DNA of 64,000 bases, taken from NCBI GenBank assembly GCA_030704615.1, contig CM060731.1:69998001-70062000 (forward strand), written 5' to 3'. A program made the translations under genes and the position numbers. Of the stretch, positions 27,540 through 38,760 are shown one piece after another. The notes beneath the pieces were generated by a model that had not been told where the DNA came from, did no database searches, and saw nothing but the letters and a program-made list of their open reading frames with translations. Positions within the stretch are counted from its first letter, which is position 1, and the number at the start of each line of letters is the position of its first letter. The stretch is from Takakia lepidozioides. Taxonomy: Eukaryota > Plantae > Bryophyta.

Positions 27540-28500
27540 TACACAATGAAAATGATAACTTGGAAGGTACACTTTGTTTACATCTGAATTATAGAAGAAC
27601 TGGGAATGATAGCACATCTGCTGTGTGTGGTTTGCCCATAACTAGGCCCCAAAACGGCCTGGGCTTTCGGCTCAGCCTCGAGACTTTCAAAGTTGCTAAA
27701 AAGAGGTACAGGCACAATTCCCTTGATAGATTTGAAGAGAGCGTCTCTCTGGTGAGAGAAGCCTGAACAATGAATCAGAAAATGAATATTGAAGACACAA
27801 CGGGCAATTGCACTCTCCCTTTCCTCTCTGCTTCTGTTTGCTGTTCAAAGGTAGGATTCCCGCCCTGAGTTTAAATTTCAGTCTAGTGCCGAGAGAGGGT
27901 AACCCTTGAGGTCACCCATGATGTCCTTCCTCATGTCACAGACTGGAAACACAAGTTCAGGAGAGTTTTCTGCCTAACTTCATTTTCATCAGATAGTTTC
28001 CTGGCAACAGACATGGCTTTGGACACTACAGCCTCTAAGTCAGATTTATCCAGCAGGATCAAGACTTGCGGGCTAAGATTCAGATCCTTGAGAATCTCTT
28101 CTATACTCTTCCGCCAGGACTGAGCCTGTTTGACAGGGCAATCCTGCTTCCAAGATATAGAGTCAATAGGATATCTGATGTTGGACATATGTTGCAGCTG
28201 ACCCCAACATCGGACTTGAATTCATCTCGTCGGGAGCGTAAGGCAGGGATGCCAAACTCACCCCGAACAGCCACATTGGCTGTTTTGGAGCATGCTGACA
28301 TGGAGTGCACTCCTTAAGCACCCCCACTCTAATGGATTCTAGAGACTTAGCCTGGTTGGAGTTATCAACCCATATTGCAGATGCGTACTCCAAGGCAGAT
28401 CTAATAACGCGACAAAGCATGGTTTTTTTAACCTCAGAGTTGATCCCTCTGCACTGGAAAATTTAGTGAGACCCAGCACTTTGCGCTTGCCAGTTTGAAC
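27540..28500 (-). mobile_element. Non-LTR retrotransposon (LINE) 3' fragment
   Basis: Post-RT-like peptides VIRSALEYASAIW..KSLESI and SKTANVAVRGEFGIPALRSRR. 27600-27790 is the reverse complement of the 47760-47950 repeat. Confidence 0.65.
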
Positions 28501-29539
28501 AACTTTCTGACAATGTGGATCCCAATTATAGTTGGAGGAAAACTCAACGCCGAGTTATGTGTAGGAAGGGAGGACTGGGATCTCTTGGCTTCGACAGAGA
28601 GGAACAGAGAGATGGTGTGACAGTGGAGGCATTGAACTTGCCAAGAGTTTTGACCTTGAGAATAGGATGTGATATGATCTCTTCTCTGCAAGTCATCACA
28701 GATAGAGCATATATGTAGGTTGAAGCCTCACAATTGAGTACAGGTACATTGAAATAGATGTCAAATAGTTTTCATGCATGAGTATGCAAGGACAAACTGG
28801 GTCACATATTTTATGACTGTTTTTGCCGAGCAGAGTTGTAGGGAAGTGAAAGAATACTGAGGCTTCCAGGTACATGACCCTAACAAATACATTATTCAGT
28901 GACTACCTCAACAGTGTAATATTGCTTCAAAATATCACAACAACAGGATGTCTGCAAAATGATGCATCATAGACAGAATATTTTGAAGAACCAGGAGTAC
29001 CAGTTTGTGATGGATGCATGGCTGGGAAGACTTTCTCCGTTGCAGGGGTCATGTTTCGAGTGATCATGGTATCCCTCCAGTTCTCTACACAACATGGAAC
29101 ATACATCAATCGTTTCAATGTGCAACTTGTCACTTTGATTAGAAAAGGGGAAGGCTTTGGAGGGGCCAGCTGCTTCTCTGAGCGGGTGGAAAGAGTTGAA
29201 GTCATTAAGCATTGATTGCCAGAGGGGGTGGGAGGAAATCAAAAAGTGGAGCACACATGCATGCCACAATCACCTTACTGATATGCAGCTTTAAGGAGAC
29301 ACTAGACAAAAGTTAAAAAATCCTCGAGATAATTGTGGAGTTAAGAGTTTACTTAAGCACCACTTCTAATGTACAAGGGTCATATTCTTTGGCACATAAC
29401 TGTTGTTTATGACGAGCACAAAATGCTCATCATTTTTTCTACAAGCACAAAATAGACATATATCACGACTGAGATTGTGGAAAACTACACAGAACTGTAG
29501 CCCAGTATGAGACTCGAAATAAGTGTTTGAGACATACCA

Positions 29540-30536
29540 TTCCAGGAGTTTGCAAGGACGGGCCTCCCAGGCAGATGGGCCTGCCCTCCCCAATTGCATT
29601 TGATAGGCTACCAGAAACTCCTCCCAGCTGAGCTACTCTTTGTCCCGCTTCTGCATATTGTGAGATTTTCAAACAGGTGAGTACAAGAATAACCAAAGAG
29701 ATGCTATTCGATCAACAACACACCATAACAGCTGCAATGTGATTACGAACCTCTTTCCCTTACACCTCAAAAAACACTCTGCTCCTGGACATTTTTATGA
29801 CAAGAAGTTGCAGTGGCTCTTCCCTCCAACTCAAAGATGTGTGAAATACTATTCTTACCACCAAAAACTCCCTGTTGATGGCTTCAGAGGATCCACTTGG
29901 AGGCTGCAACCCTTCCATTGCATCGACTAGGTCTTCAAGATGCAGTGTCCCATCAGGGCGAGTTTCAGCCTTTGTGTTTGGGCAGTGCTCTCTCAGGAAC
30001 TGCTTCATAGGCATTCTGCGAATATGGGCCGGGAATTTCAAGAGGAGTAACTGGAATTGGGTGGTGAGACTTGCGATGTGGCCATCACAAATGACACGAA
30101 TAGCTGCTGTTCTTGCCTCCACTGCCAACCACCCCTCCACTTCTCAGGGAAGCAAAAAACAAATTTAGGAGACTAAGGAGCTTTGACTTCATGCAAATTA
30201 AGCTGTCAAAACGTGTTGGTAAGCACTCTAAATTTTTTCGTGTGACAGAGGCTTAAAACCTAGATCCTTGGAAAAGCACATTACGATGAATTGCCTAGAC
30301 TATCTCAAGAAGAGGGAAGAGGACAGACATTCCTTGTCTATGGCATCGCAAACAAGACTGACGATGCGCACCCGCTCTTCCTCATCCTCATGTGAAGCCG
30401 CTGCAGCATCCTTCTTATTCTCCTCTGCAGTGTCCTTCTTAACCTTCTCTGCCTCGCATTCCACCTGTGCTGGCACGTTCGTGTCCTTCTTGGCCAGCGG
30501 CTCGCGCCCTGCTGCGTGTTTCTTCGGTCAACCCAT
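29540..30536 (-). pseudogene. Borealin-related (chromosomal passenger complex) gene with a nonsense codon at position 3; 3' part not resolved
   Basis: Exon 30536-30329 reads MG*PKKHAAGREPLAKKDTN...VSLVCDAIDKE. Exon 30121-29859 reads EARTAAIRVICDGHIASLTTQFQLLLLKFPAHIRRMPMKQFL, matching the Nbl1/Borealin N-terminal helix pattern. Contains a D-box-like RxxL...N. Confidence 0.65.
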
Positions 30537-30721
30537 CGCTCAACCTCTCCTCTCTCCAACCCTCCAAAAGCAACCTCGCTTGCTCAAACTCGTCCCACAC
30601 CTGGATACTCACATATGCAGACTTACGTAGAAGCGGAATCCAGGAAAGCCCATAGGGTGTAATACTTCCTTGTGAACTAGGTGGTCAGCAGTTTTACAGT
30701 ACAAGAGGACAGGAAATATAT

Positions 30722-30790
30722 CACGTAACCGGTTTTGGTGTCTGTTTCCGGGTGTTTTAGAGGCCCGTTCCTGTACGTTAACGGTAGGGC
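30722..30790. promoter_or_regulatory. Possible MSA-like (AACGG) mitosis-specific elements upstream of the Borealin-like gene
   Basis: CCCGTT at ~30764 and TTAACGGT at ~30778 lie ~230-250 bp upstream of the ATG. Short motifs, so chance occurrence is possible. Confidence 0.3.
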
Positions 30791-31804
30791 ACAAACAAGG
30801 GGCTGTGTGGACCCCACACCAAACATTTTCTCGAAGAGCAATGAGCAGCACGGTGGAAACACCAGTTACGCTTTGGAGGAGGCCTCCGTAGACCCGTCGG
30901 TTCTGCAGGCTCGCGGGCTATCAGTGACATGGAACAGTTGTGGTCCAGAACACTGAATTTTGAGAAATGATTCATACTTGCACAGATTTTTTTATTTTTT
31001 TATTTTTTTATTTTTTTGGTTAACAGGGGATGGCCCTGGTTTAATTTTATTAGTGGGAGGTTAATTCGTCCATCACTGATTACGGTGTGTGTACCTCATG
31101 GTGTAATCAGGGGTTTTAATTTTTTTCCCCACAATAAACCTTCACCGAATTTTCTAATACGGTTTTGTGCTTTCCCCTTTAAATTGGGAAATTTGACCCC
31201 CCAAATTGGCCATACAAAGCAGCCCACATGAGGACATGTCAGAAAAAGCTGAAATTTTCAGGGCAGGTGTCTTACCTGGCAGGGTACAATATTATGGTTT
31301 GTGTCATGTCAAAAAATTTCACAGCTGGGAAATTCGATAAGAAAAGCTGTGTTTTTTACCCATTGTAAATAGGAAATTTGTTTTTGGCGCAATTATAATG
31401 TTGTAATCCCGCGGGTACGATTTGGACCAGACTTTTTGTGGTCATAGCTGGGGTAGGTAGGAACATATTACAACGGTCAGTTTTACAGGGCCTGAGGAAA
31501 TCTCAAGATATAAATTATTTAGTGGGGAAGGGTCAATTTTTTCGGGGTGGACCCAAAAATTGGGGTTAGTCCTTTAGGGGTTAAAGAGGTTCGACTGTAC
31601 CAAGAAAGTCTTATGGCAAACTGACACTGACATTGTCGTCTTGTTGAAGTAGGCCAATGTCAGTGTCTAGACTCTAGCTGGCTACTTGAGAAAAGGTAGA
31701 AATTGATTCTAGCAACAATGGTCAGACGGTGCGCAGGAACGCGTCATCAAATTTTAATTTCCAAATTTCAGCAACCAACACCAGGGATTGCAGCTCTTGC
31801 TACC

Positions 31805-32295
31805 TGTAATGGCCAGATTCCTTCTACCTACCTTTTCGACATTGGATGAACAGACGTTGGATGATGACCGTTGAAAAAAGGCTTGGATGAAACAGCTGGA
31901 AACAATCTATTTTTAAGTATTGTCTTATGTTAATAGCTAGTTTATCTCTAAAATAGAATGAGATGGCATCCTATCAGGACAGACACCCGGATGGCATCCA
32001 AGTGACCAATCAGGGCTTACCACTTGGTTAGATAAGATTGTGGGCCTTCGTTTATAAAAGAGATCAACACGACGCTTAAGGCGGCGGTGTACGTTTGGTG
32101 TGAAACCCTACTGTCCTGTGTGGGAGTTTTGGATGAAAAGGATGTGAGTGAGAATGTGCTGTTAAGCTGTGTGAGTGATTCTGACTCCTCTCCGTTGGCT
32201 CCTGCCTATCTCGCTAGCCTGCTTTACCGAGCATACATCCCCCTTATAGCTCAATACCCCTAGAGGAAGAGGAATAACGGGGTGGGCGAGAATCT
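31805..32295 (+). repeat. 5' LTR (lacks the terminal GGCTTTACA)
   Basis: Highly similar to 38260-38751 with a few substitutions and indels; TTTATAAAAG TATA box at ~32051. Confidence 0.95.
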
Positions 32296-32306
32296 TGGTG
32301 GAGATG
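32296..32306 (+). promoter_or_regulatory. Primer-binding site, tRNA-Ala-like
   Basis: TGGTGGAGATG directly after the 5' LTR is complementary to a ...CATCTCCACCA tRNA 3' end typical of eukaryotic tRNA-Ala. Confidence 0.65.
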
Positions 32307-32447
32307 GGGTTGCAGGATTTCGTTAATCATTAGCTCCACATTCTTCCTTATACGTCAGGTAGTTGTACGCTGACACTGTTACCCGCTCATGTTTTTGCTT
32401 GCTCCTGGCTTTCACGGTATCTGCTTACACTTCTGCAACCTGCGGCA

Positions 32448-33376
32448 ATGGCCTCGTCTTCTGATCCTTCAACTGACGCTGAGCTCAAGGAGTACAAGGA
32501 GACTCCTACTGGTCATTTTGAATCGATTTTCGCCAGCATTGTGCGTGCTTCGGTTGATCCTAGCCTGGTGGTTGAAGTTGATTATCCGCCCCTTAGTGCC
32601 CCGGTTGAACGCCCTGAATTAGTCCTCGACACACCTTCTGATCACTGGGTGGCTCAGTTTGAGTTGACCGATGCGTTGGAGGGTCTGAAGCCCACCCACA
32701 CCCCGCAAGAAGAAGCGGAGCAGCGGCGAAAGTGTATCCAAGCCTTTGAAGGGGCCCGAGCGGCCAAGGCCCTGCGGCGACTCTTTGCTGCGGAGATAGC
32801 CCGCAAGCTTCCATTACCTGAGGCCAAAGACAAGCTCTTGAAGTGTTGCCGGCTGTCGTGGGCTGAACTTGATATTTCGCAATTCACCGTAGCTGGGGAG
32901 GTTGCTGGCGAGTGTGAGAACTTCTTCCGCCCAACGTACCCAGTGCGCATTGTCTGTGGGAGCTGGTGAAAGGTGGCAGTTCACTTGTCTTGGCCAATCT
33001 GCGGCCTACCTGGAAACCTGACTACAATGTGGACATCACTTGGGATGACCATGTCGCAGGCATTCCCGTCTCTCGCTTTCCTCATACTGTGCATGATATT
33101 TTGATTTTCCCTGCTCTTGTGTTTAGACAGGAACGACTGAGTTACTACTTGCCTGGCTTTCCTATTACTGATTATCCAGTGCATACACTGCTTGCCAAGG
33201 AAAAGCTTATCCGCTCCATTGTTCGCGTGGCTTTCTGGCTCAAAGTGGACGAAGACCTGTGGCACTTTCTGGGTGAAGGTGTTTACATGCTTCACAAACA
33301 TAGGTTCATAAGTGGCTATTGTATCAAGGACTGGGAGTCCAAATTGCGTCCTGCACGATCCTCCAGTAGAATGTAA
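32448..33376 (+). pseudogene. Extra ORF of unknown function upstream of gag (two ORFs, 173+136 aa, probably one frameshifted ~309-aa gene)
   Basis: ORFs 32448-32969 and 32966-33376 overlap. Removing a TG dinucleotide near 32955 fuses them (...PVRIVWELVKGGSS...). The stop is 33 nt before the gag ATG. Confidence 0.6.
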
Positions 33377-33409
33377 CCACTTTGTTTTTTTTCAACACGA
33401 CCAACTACA

Positions 33410-34610
33410 ATGCCTGTCACTACTCGGTCTGGCAAGGAGCCCTGGAATGTGCTAGATGAGTTGCATGATGTGGATCTTACTGATGATGTGAAAGATGATG
33501 GTGCTGCTCTTCCTGATCCTATGTCTGAAACCTTGTCTCCTGCCAGGTGATAATACCAGTCTGACCCAAGGGGTCCCTCTAGCCTCTGGTAATGTGCCTA
33601 CCCTCAATATTCAGGGCATTTGTGATGTTATGGCCACGCTGTCTAGTTGTCCAGCTCTTATGCATCTCTTTTTGGATAAACAAGTAGGTTTGCCTTCAGT
33701 TACCAAGCTCAAGGAGGTTCATCGTGCTCACAAACGGCCTTATCCTGACTATGAGGTAGGCCAAGACTTTGACAACTTCCTCAATTTTTTTGAGATGAGT
33801 GTCAAATTCAATGAGCTGCCAGCTTCTATGATTACTGATTCCTTTCGTTTTTGTCTCAAAGGTGAGGCTCGTGACCTCTTTGAAGCTAGTATCAAGGATC
33901 AGGGTGAGTTGTGATGGGGAGTGGCCAAGCAGTTGGCGCTTCAGTTGTTTCGTGCAGACATGCCCATCAATTACACCATGCCCGATCATCCTTATCAACC
34001 TGGTGAGAGTATCTGGAAATACTATACTGACTTGAAAACCACGGTGGTCAAGGCCATTCCGGTACTTTCTGAACGCACTGCCATCCTTAAAACCTACTTC
34101 ATTACCGGATTGCCTGCCTCTGATCAAGTCTACCTACAAAAACATCCTTATCGCAATGAGAGGCATATGGTAGAGATGATGGATGAGCGCATGCGGTTTT
34201 AAGAATGCTAAACTAGGCAAAGGTTATCAGCCTGTTGTTCATTTTGCTCATCAGCATGCTACTAACTGTTCTCATGGGGTTGCCATGGTGAAGGGTGGCT
34301 CTACAGAGGCCTCTCCCACATTGCTGGAGGAAGTTAAAAGCCTACAACAAAAGCTGCATACTCAGTTTCAGGCTATGAGGGCAGAAGGATCCTGGAGGGC
34401 TGCACCTGCCAAGCCTCCTCCTGCTGACTCTCATCGTGGCCACACTTAGACTGGCCCACGGTATGAGGCTCAAGGTAAACAGGTGGCATGTTTCATTTGT
34501 GGGTCACTTGAGCACTGGACCCGCTTCTGCACTTATGCCGCTCTTGTCCTTGAACACAAATGTATTCAACACGAACAGAGGGGTAAACAGCCTTTAAACG
34601 AACCCGATCG
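33410..34610 (+). pseudogene. gag: gag (capsid + CCHC zinc knuckle), interrupted
   Basis: MPVTTRSGK start; FDNFLNFFE...FRFCLKGEARDLF; QPGESIWKYYTDL...YFITGLP; CFICGSLEHWTRFC at ~34488-34530. Several stops and frameshifts. Confidence 0.85.
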
Positions 34611-34613
34611 CTT

Positions 34614-35255
34614 GTGAAGGGGCCAAGCGATCAGTCTCCTACACACCCTGCGAAGGATGACTCCATTGTTTCTGTAATGTTGTCCAATGAATTCAAGTTG
34701 ATGCATTGTGAAGCCAATAGAAAGCTTAGGAAGGAGAGAGTGCATCCTCTCATGACTCAATGTCACATAGGGCACCTCTTGTTTTCATGTGTTGTTGACA
34801 CAGGCTGTACCATGTCTGTTGTTCCATTGTCCGTGGTTCGACTACTTGGTCTCAAACTCACTCCAGCCAAGGGTATGCAGGTGACCATTGCAGTTGGCAC
34901 ACGTTATGAACCCCTAGGTTTGGTCACCATCCCCATTAAGGTCAGTTGCAAGTCGGTCACACTGACTTGTATCGTCACCATTGGTGAACAGTTGCTGTTA
35001 GGCTTGGATTGGATGTGTGCTGCAGGGGCAAAAATTGATGTGGTTGAGAACGTCATGTGGCTTGCCAGTGGCAGCTCTTCCCTCCACAAGGTGCAGCTCA
35101 ACTCTGTCTCCTTGCATGTTGGTTGTGCCACTGCACATCTCTCCCACATGCGAACCCTTGTTGCCGAAACAAAGCAGCAGATGGGTGAGCAATACAACTG
35201 GACACGCTACTTTAACTTTGCCAAGACGGCTCCCTTCACCCTGTATCAATGGTAG
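34614..35255 (+). pseudogene. pol: aspartic protease
   Basis: Catalytic motif VVDTGCTMSVV and LLLGLDWM. Confidence 0.9.
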
Positions 35256-35261
35256 CCACCT

Positions 35262-35594
35262 TTGCCTGGTAAGAAGAGTGGCCCTCCCATTCCAATCCCA
35301 GGTAACACTACTCTTCTTCGCACTCCCGCTGACTTTGTTATCCCTGCCTCCTCCCAAAAGATAGTTTTTCTTGGCCTCACCTTTCTTTGTCCACAAGGTC
35401 ATTATCTTGAAGTCGAAAGGTGGAAACGTTTGATGCTTTCTAAACATTGTTTGATTGTATTTGGGGTGCTGGATCAGGGCTTTCGAGGGGAGCTCAGTAT
35501 TTTTGTTGCCAACCCAGAACGCATACCTATTATCATCCGCAAGGGTCAGATCCTTGCTCGACTCACTGCCACCCCATTGAAAGAGTTTTGCTGA
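35262..35594 (+). pseudogene. pol: trimeric dUTPase-like domain
   Basis: LRTPADFVIPASSQKIVFLGLTFLCPQGHYLEV...GVLDQGFRGELSIFVAN...IRKGQILARL is colinear with dUTPase motifs 1-4. Same frame as the protease, separated by one TAG. Confidence 0.75.
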
Positions 35595-35625
35595 CATTGG
35601 TCTGTCTGATGATCCTGTAGATCAA

Positions 35626-36455
35626 TTGCATCTCCTAGCACAATCTGTCGCTGCACCCCCGGTCAGTCCCCTCATTCCTACGCAATCTGCTCATCTTGAT
35701 CAAGTCCTGACTGATATCGAAATTGGCTCTGGTCTCACTGACAATGAGAGGTCTCGTTTATATCGTATTATTCGTGACAATCTTGATGTTTTTAGTGCTG
35801 GTTCTCATGATTTGGGACGTACCGAGGTTCTTCATCATGACATTCTCACTGAAGGTAGCCCTGTCAAACAATATGCTTATAGAGGGAGTGTCAAGGAGCG
35901 CGAAATTATTGAACATCGAACTAACGAAGATGCTGGATACATGAGTTATTAAACCCTCTATTTCCCCCTGGGCCAGCCCCATCGTGTTGGTTGCCGAAAA
36001 GGATGGTACCACCCGTTTATGTGTTGACTTCCGACGTCTCAATGCCCTAACAAAAAAAGATGTATATCATTTACCTCGTATTAATGATACTTTGGATCAA
36101 CTTAATGGTGTCACTCTCTTCTCTTCCTTGGATCTTGCTGTGGGTTTTTGGCAGGTTCCACTCACAGAGTCAGCCAAGGAGAAAACTGCGTTCACCTGTA
36201 AGATGGGCCTCTTTCAGTTTGAAACCATGCCTATTGGATTATGTAATGTCATTGCCACCTTTCAACGTCTCATGGATGTTATTCTAGGGAACTTGCGTTG
36301 GGAATGTGCATTGGTATATATTGATGATATCAACGTTTACTCTGCTGACTTTGATTCTCACATGCTGGATCTGAAGTGCGTTTTGTGCATGCTTAGAGGA
36401 GTAGGTCTAAAAGTGAAAGCTAAGAAATGTGACTTGTGCATGACGGAGCTTCATA
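35626..36455 (+). pseudogene. pol: reverse transcriptase
   Basis: SPWASPIVLV..KDGTTRLCVDFRRLN, FSSLDLAVGFWQV, KTAF, MPIGL, LVYIDD, LKVKAKKC. Confidence 0.95.
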
Positions 36456-36699
36456 GTTCTGGTTTTGGCACTGAATCCTCTCCATAGAGAAATCTGCTTC
36501 TGTGCTTCATTGTCCTTGGTTGCATCTTCATGAAGTCACCCTTGTCATTCAGTTGAGCTGACAGCCTTTCCCTGAAGATCACTGAGGCGGACACTCCGAT
36601 AGGCTCACACTAACCCAAGGGCTGGCTATGGCAGCTGCAACCATGGAGGACCAACTTCACCAAGCCCTCCTCTAGCAGTGTAAGACCAACACTCATCTA

Positions 36700-37989
36700 T
36701 TGGGCCTCTCTTCCCGTCTCCTCAGGCAAGTCAACTATCATCTCCCCTCTCATCGGGAGCATGAAGGTAAATTGTTTAAGGTAGTTCATGTTCATGGGCA
36801 AGAGACTGCCGTGGAGTTCCCTACTAGGAGCTCTATGCCTGTGTTGCTTGAGCTTTACCATTGCTCACTATATGCTGGTCATCTAGGCGTTGACAAAACT
36901 GTCAAGCGACTCCAAGAAAAGTACCATTGGAAGGGGTTAACTAAGGATGTGGCAGATTTCATTTCTAAGTGTGTTCCATGTAAGTCTAAAACACTACTGC
37001 CTAGGACCATAGCTCCTCTTAAATTACAACCAATTCTGGTGACTGAGATGTTTGCCCGAATTGGTCTTGATCTTGTTGGACCCCTCAGAACTACGACTAA
37101 GGCCAATAACTACATTGGTGTGGTTACTGATTACCTGTCTAAGTGGGTTGAGATCCGACCGTTGGTTGCTAAGGACAGTGATGAGGTGGTTCAATTCTTA
37201 TTTGATGAAATCCTGCTACGCCATGGTTGTCCTCTTGAAATTTTAACTGATCAGGGTACGGAGTTTTGTAATCAGCTTATGGAGGTTGTGTGCTTTAATT
37301 TAGATGTCAAACATCGCTTGACTGCTCCCTACAACCTCCAGTGCAACGGGCTTACAGAGATGTTTAACAAAACCATGTGCCAGTTGTTAGAAAAGAATGG
37401 GGCTCTCACTGAAGACTGGGATGTTACTCTACCCATTCTCATATTTGCCTACAAGACCTCAGTGCATGCCAGCACTCGTTTTTCCCCTTTTGAATTACTA
37501 TATGGCCGCAAGGCTCGCACCCCTCTTCATGTCCCTGTGCTTCAAACTCAGGTTGAGGAGCCCATCATATGGGAAGACTTTCTTACTCAACTCACTTCTC
37601 ATCGTTTACGTTTATTAGAGGCTGCTCAACACAACATTCAGGTTTCTCAAGTTGCTCAGGCTAGAAATTATAACCGTAGGGTTGTTTACTCTGAACATTT
37701 TTCTCTAGGCTAGACTGTTTGTGTTTGATTGCAGCCTGGCAAACAGGTTACCAAATCCAAGATGCGGATCGATGGGCCTTATCTGATTCATGCGATTCTG
37801 CCTGGTCGGCAGTACTGTCTTCTTCCTCAACATCCTTCTACGACAGAGATTGCAGGGACTGTTCATGTTTATCAGCTGGTCCCTTCTAAGCTGCAGTTTG
37901 GTTTGACCTGCATCAACGTGGAGAATCGGCATGTGGTTTTAACTCCGAAGAAGCGTGCTCGGCTTGATTCTGATTCCGTTGCTACCTAG
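36700..37989 (+). pseudogene. pol: integrase (HHCC, DDE, GPY/F), no chromodomain
   Basis: HCSLYAGHLG...CVPC; GLDLVGP; LTDQGTEF; NGLTEMFN; SPFELLYGR; DGPYLI. C-terminus TPKKRARLDSDSVAT. Confidence 0.95.
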
Positions 37990-38259
37990 ACTTCCTCATG
38001 ACACTGTCTTTATTCAGCTGCTCCCTACATAGGATCTCTCTCAGTTTTCTTTCTAGTTCTTCAGGTTGCACACCTCACAAGATAGGGTTTTTCCACAACA
38101 AGGTTTTGTCCTTAGCTCAAATTGCAGAGCAAGGTTTTCTTTGTTGCGGTTTTTTCATCCTATCTTGGTGTGACCTTGAATGACCCTGCCCCCTGTCTTG
38201 AGCATAGTGTTTATTGCTCACCGGAGCTCGCTTCTCTGTGTGCCAGGAGGCTTTACATA

Positions 38260-38760
38260 TGTAACGGCCAGATTCCTTCTACCTACCTTTTCGACATTAG
38301 ATGAACAGACGTTGGATGATGACCGTTGAAAAAGGGCTTGGATGAAACAGCTGGAAACAATCTATTTTTGAACTAAGTATTGTCTTATGTTAATAGCTAG
38401 TTTATCTCTAAAATAGAATGAGGTGGCATCTTATCTGGACAGACACCCGGATGGCATCCAAGTGACCAATCAGGGCTTACCACTTGGTTAGATAAGATTG
38501 TGGGCCTTCGTTTATAAAAGAGATTAACACGACGCTTAAGGGAGCGGTGTACGTTTGGTGTGAAACCCTACTGTAGTGGGAGTTTTGGATGAAAAGGATG
38601 TGAGTGAGAATGTGCTGTTAAGCTTTGTGAGTGATTCTGACTCCTCTCCGTTGGATCCTGCCTATCTCGCTAGCCTGCTTTACCGAGCATACATCCCCGT
38701 TATAGCTCAATACCCCTAGAGGAAGAGGAATAACGGGGTGGCCGAGAATCTGGCTTTACA
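38260..38760 (+). repeat. 3' LTR
   Basis: TGTAACGGCCAGATTC...GAATCTGGCTTTACA with ~15-bp terminal inverted repeats, followed by the TSD TACC. Confidence 0.95.

Larger units (their letters stand above)
31805..38760 (+). mobile_element. Ty3/gypsy LTR retrotransposon, non-chromoviral, degenerate; order extra ORF-gag-PR-dUTPase-like-RT-(RNase H deleted)-IN
   Basis: Two ~0.5-kb direct repeats; TGTAA...TTACA ends; TACC/TACC 4-bp TSD; PBS; gypsy domain order with RT before IN. Confidence 0.95.

Noticed and set aside
31190-31585. piggyBac-like MITE ending GGGGTTAA
   Set aside because: Only one plausible end; no matching left TIR with TTAA.
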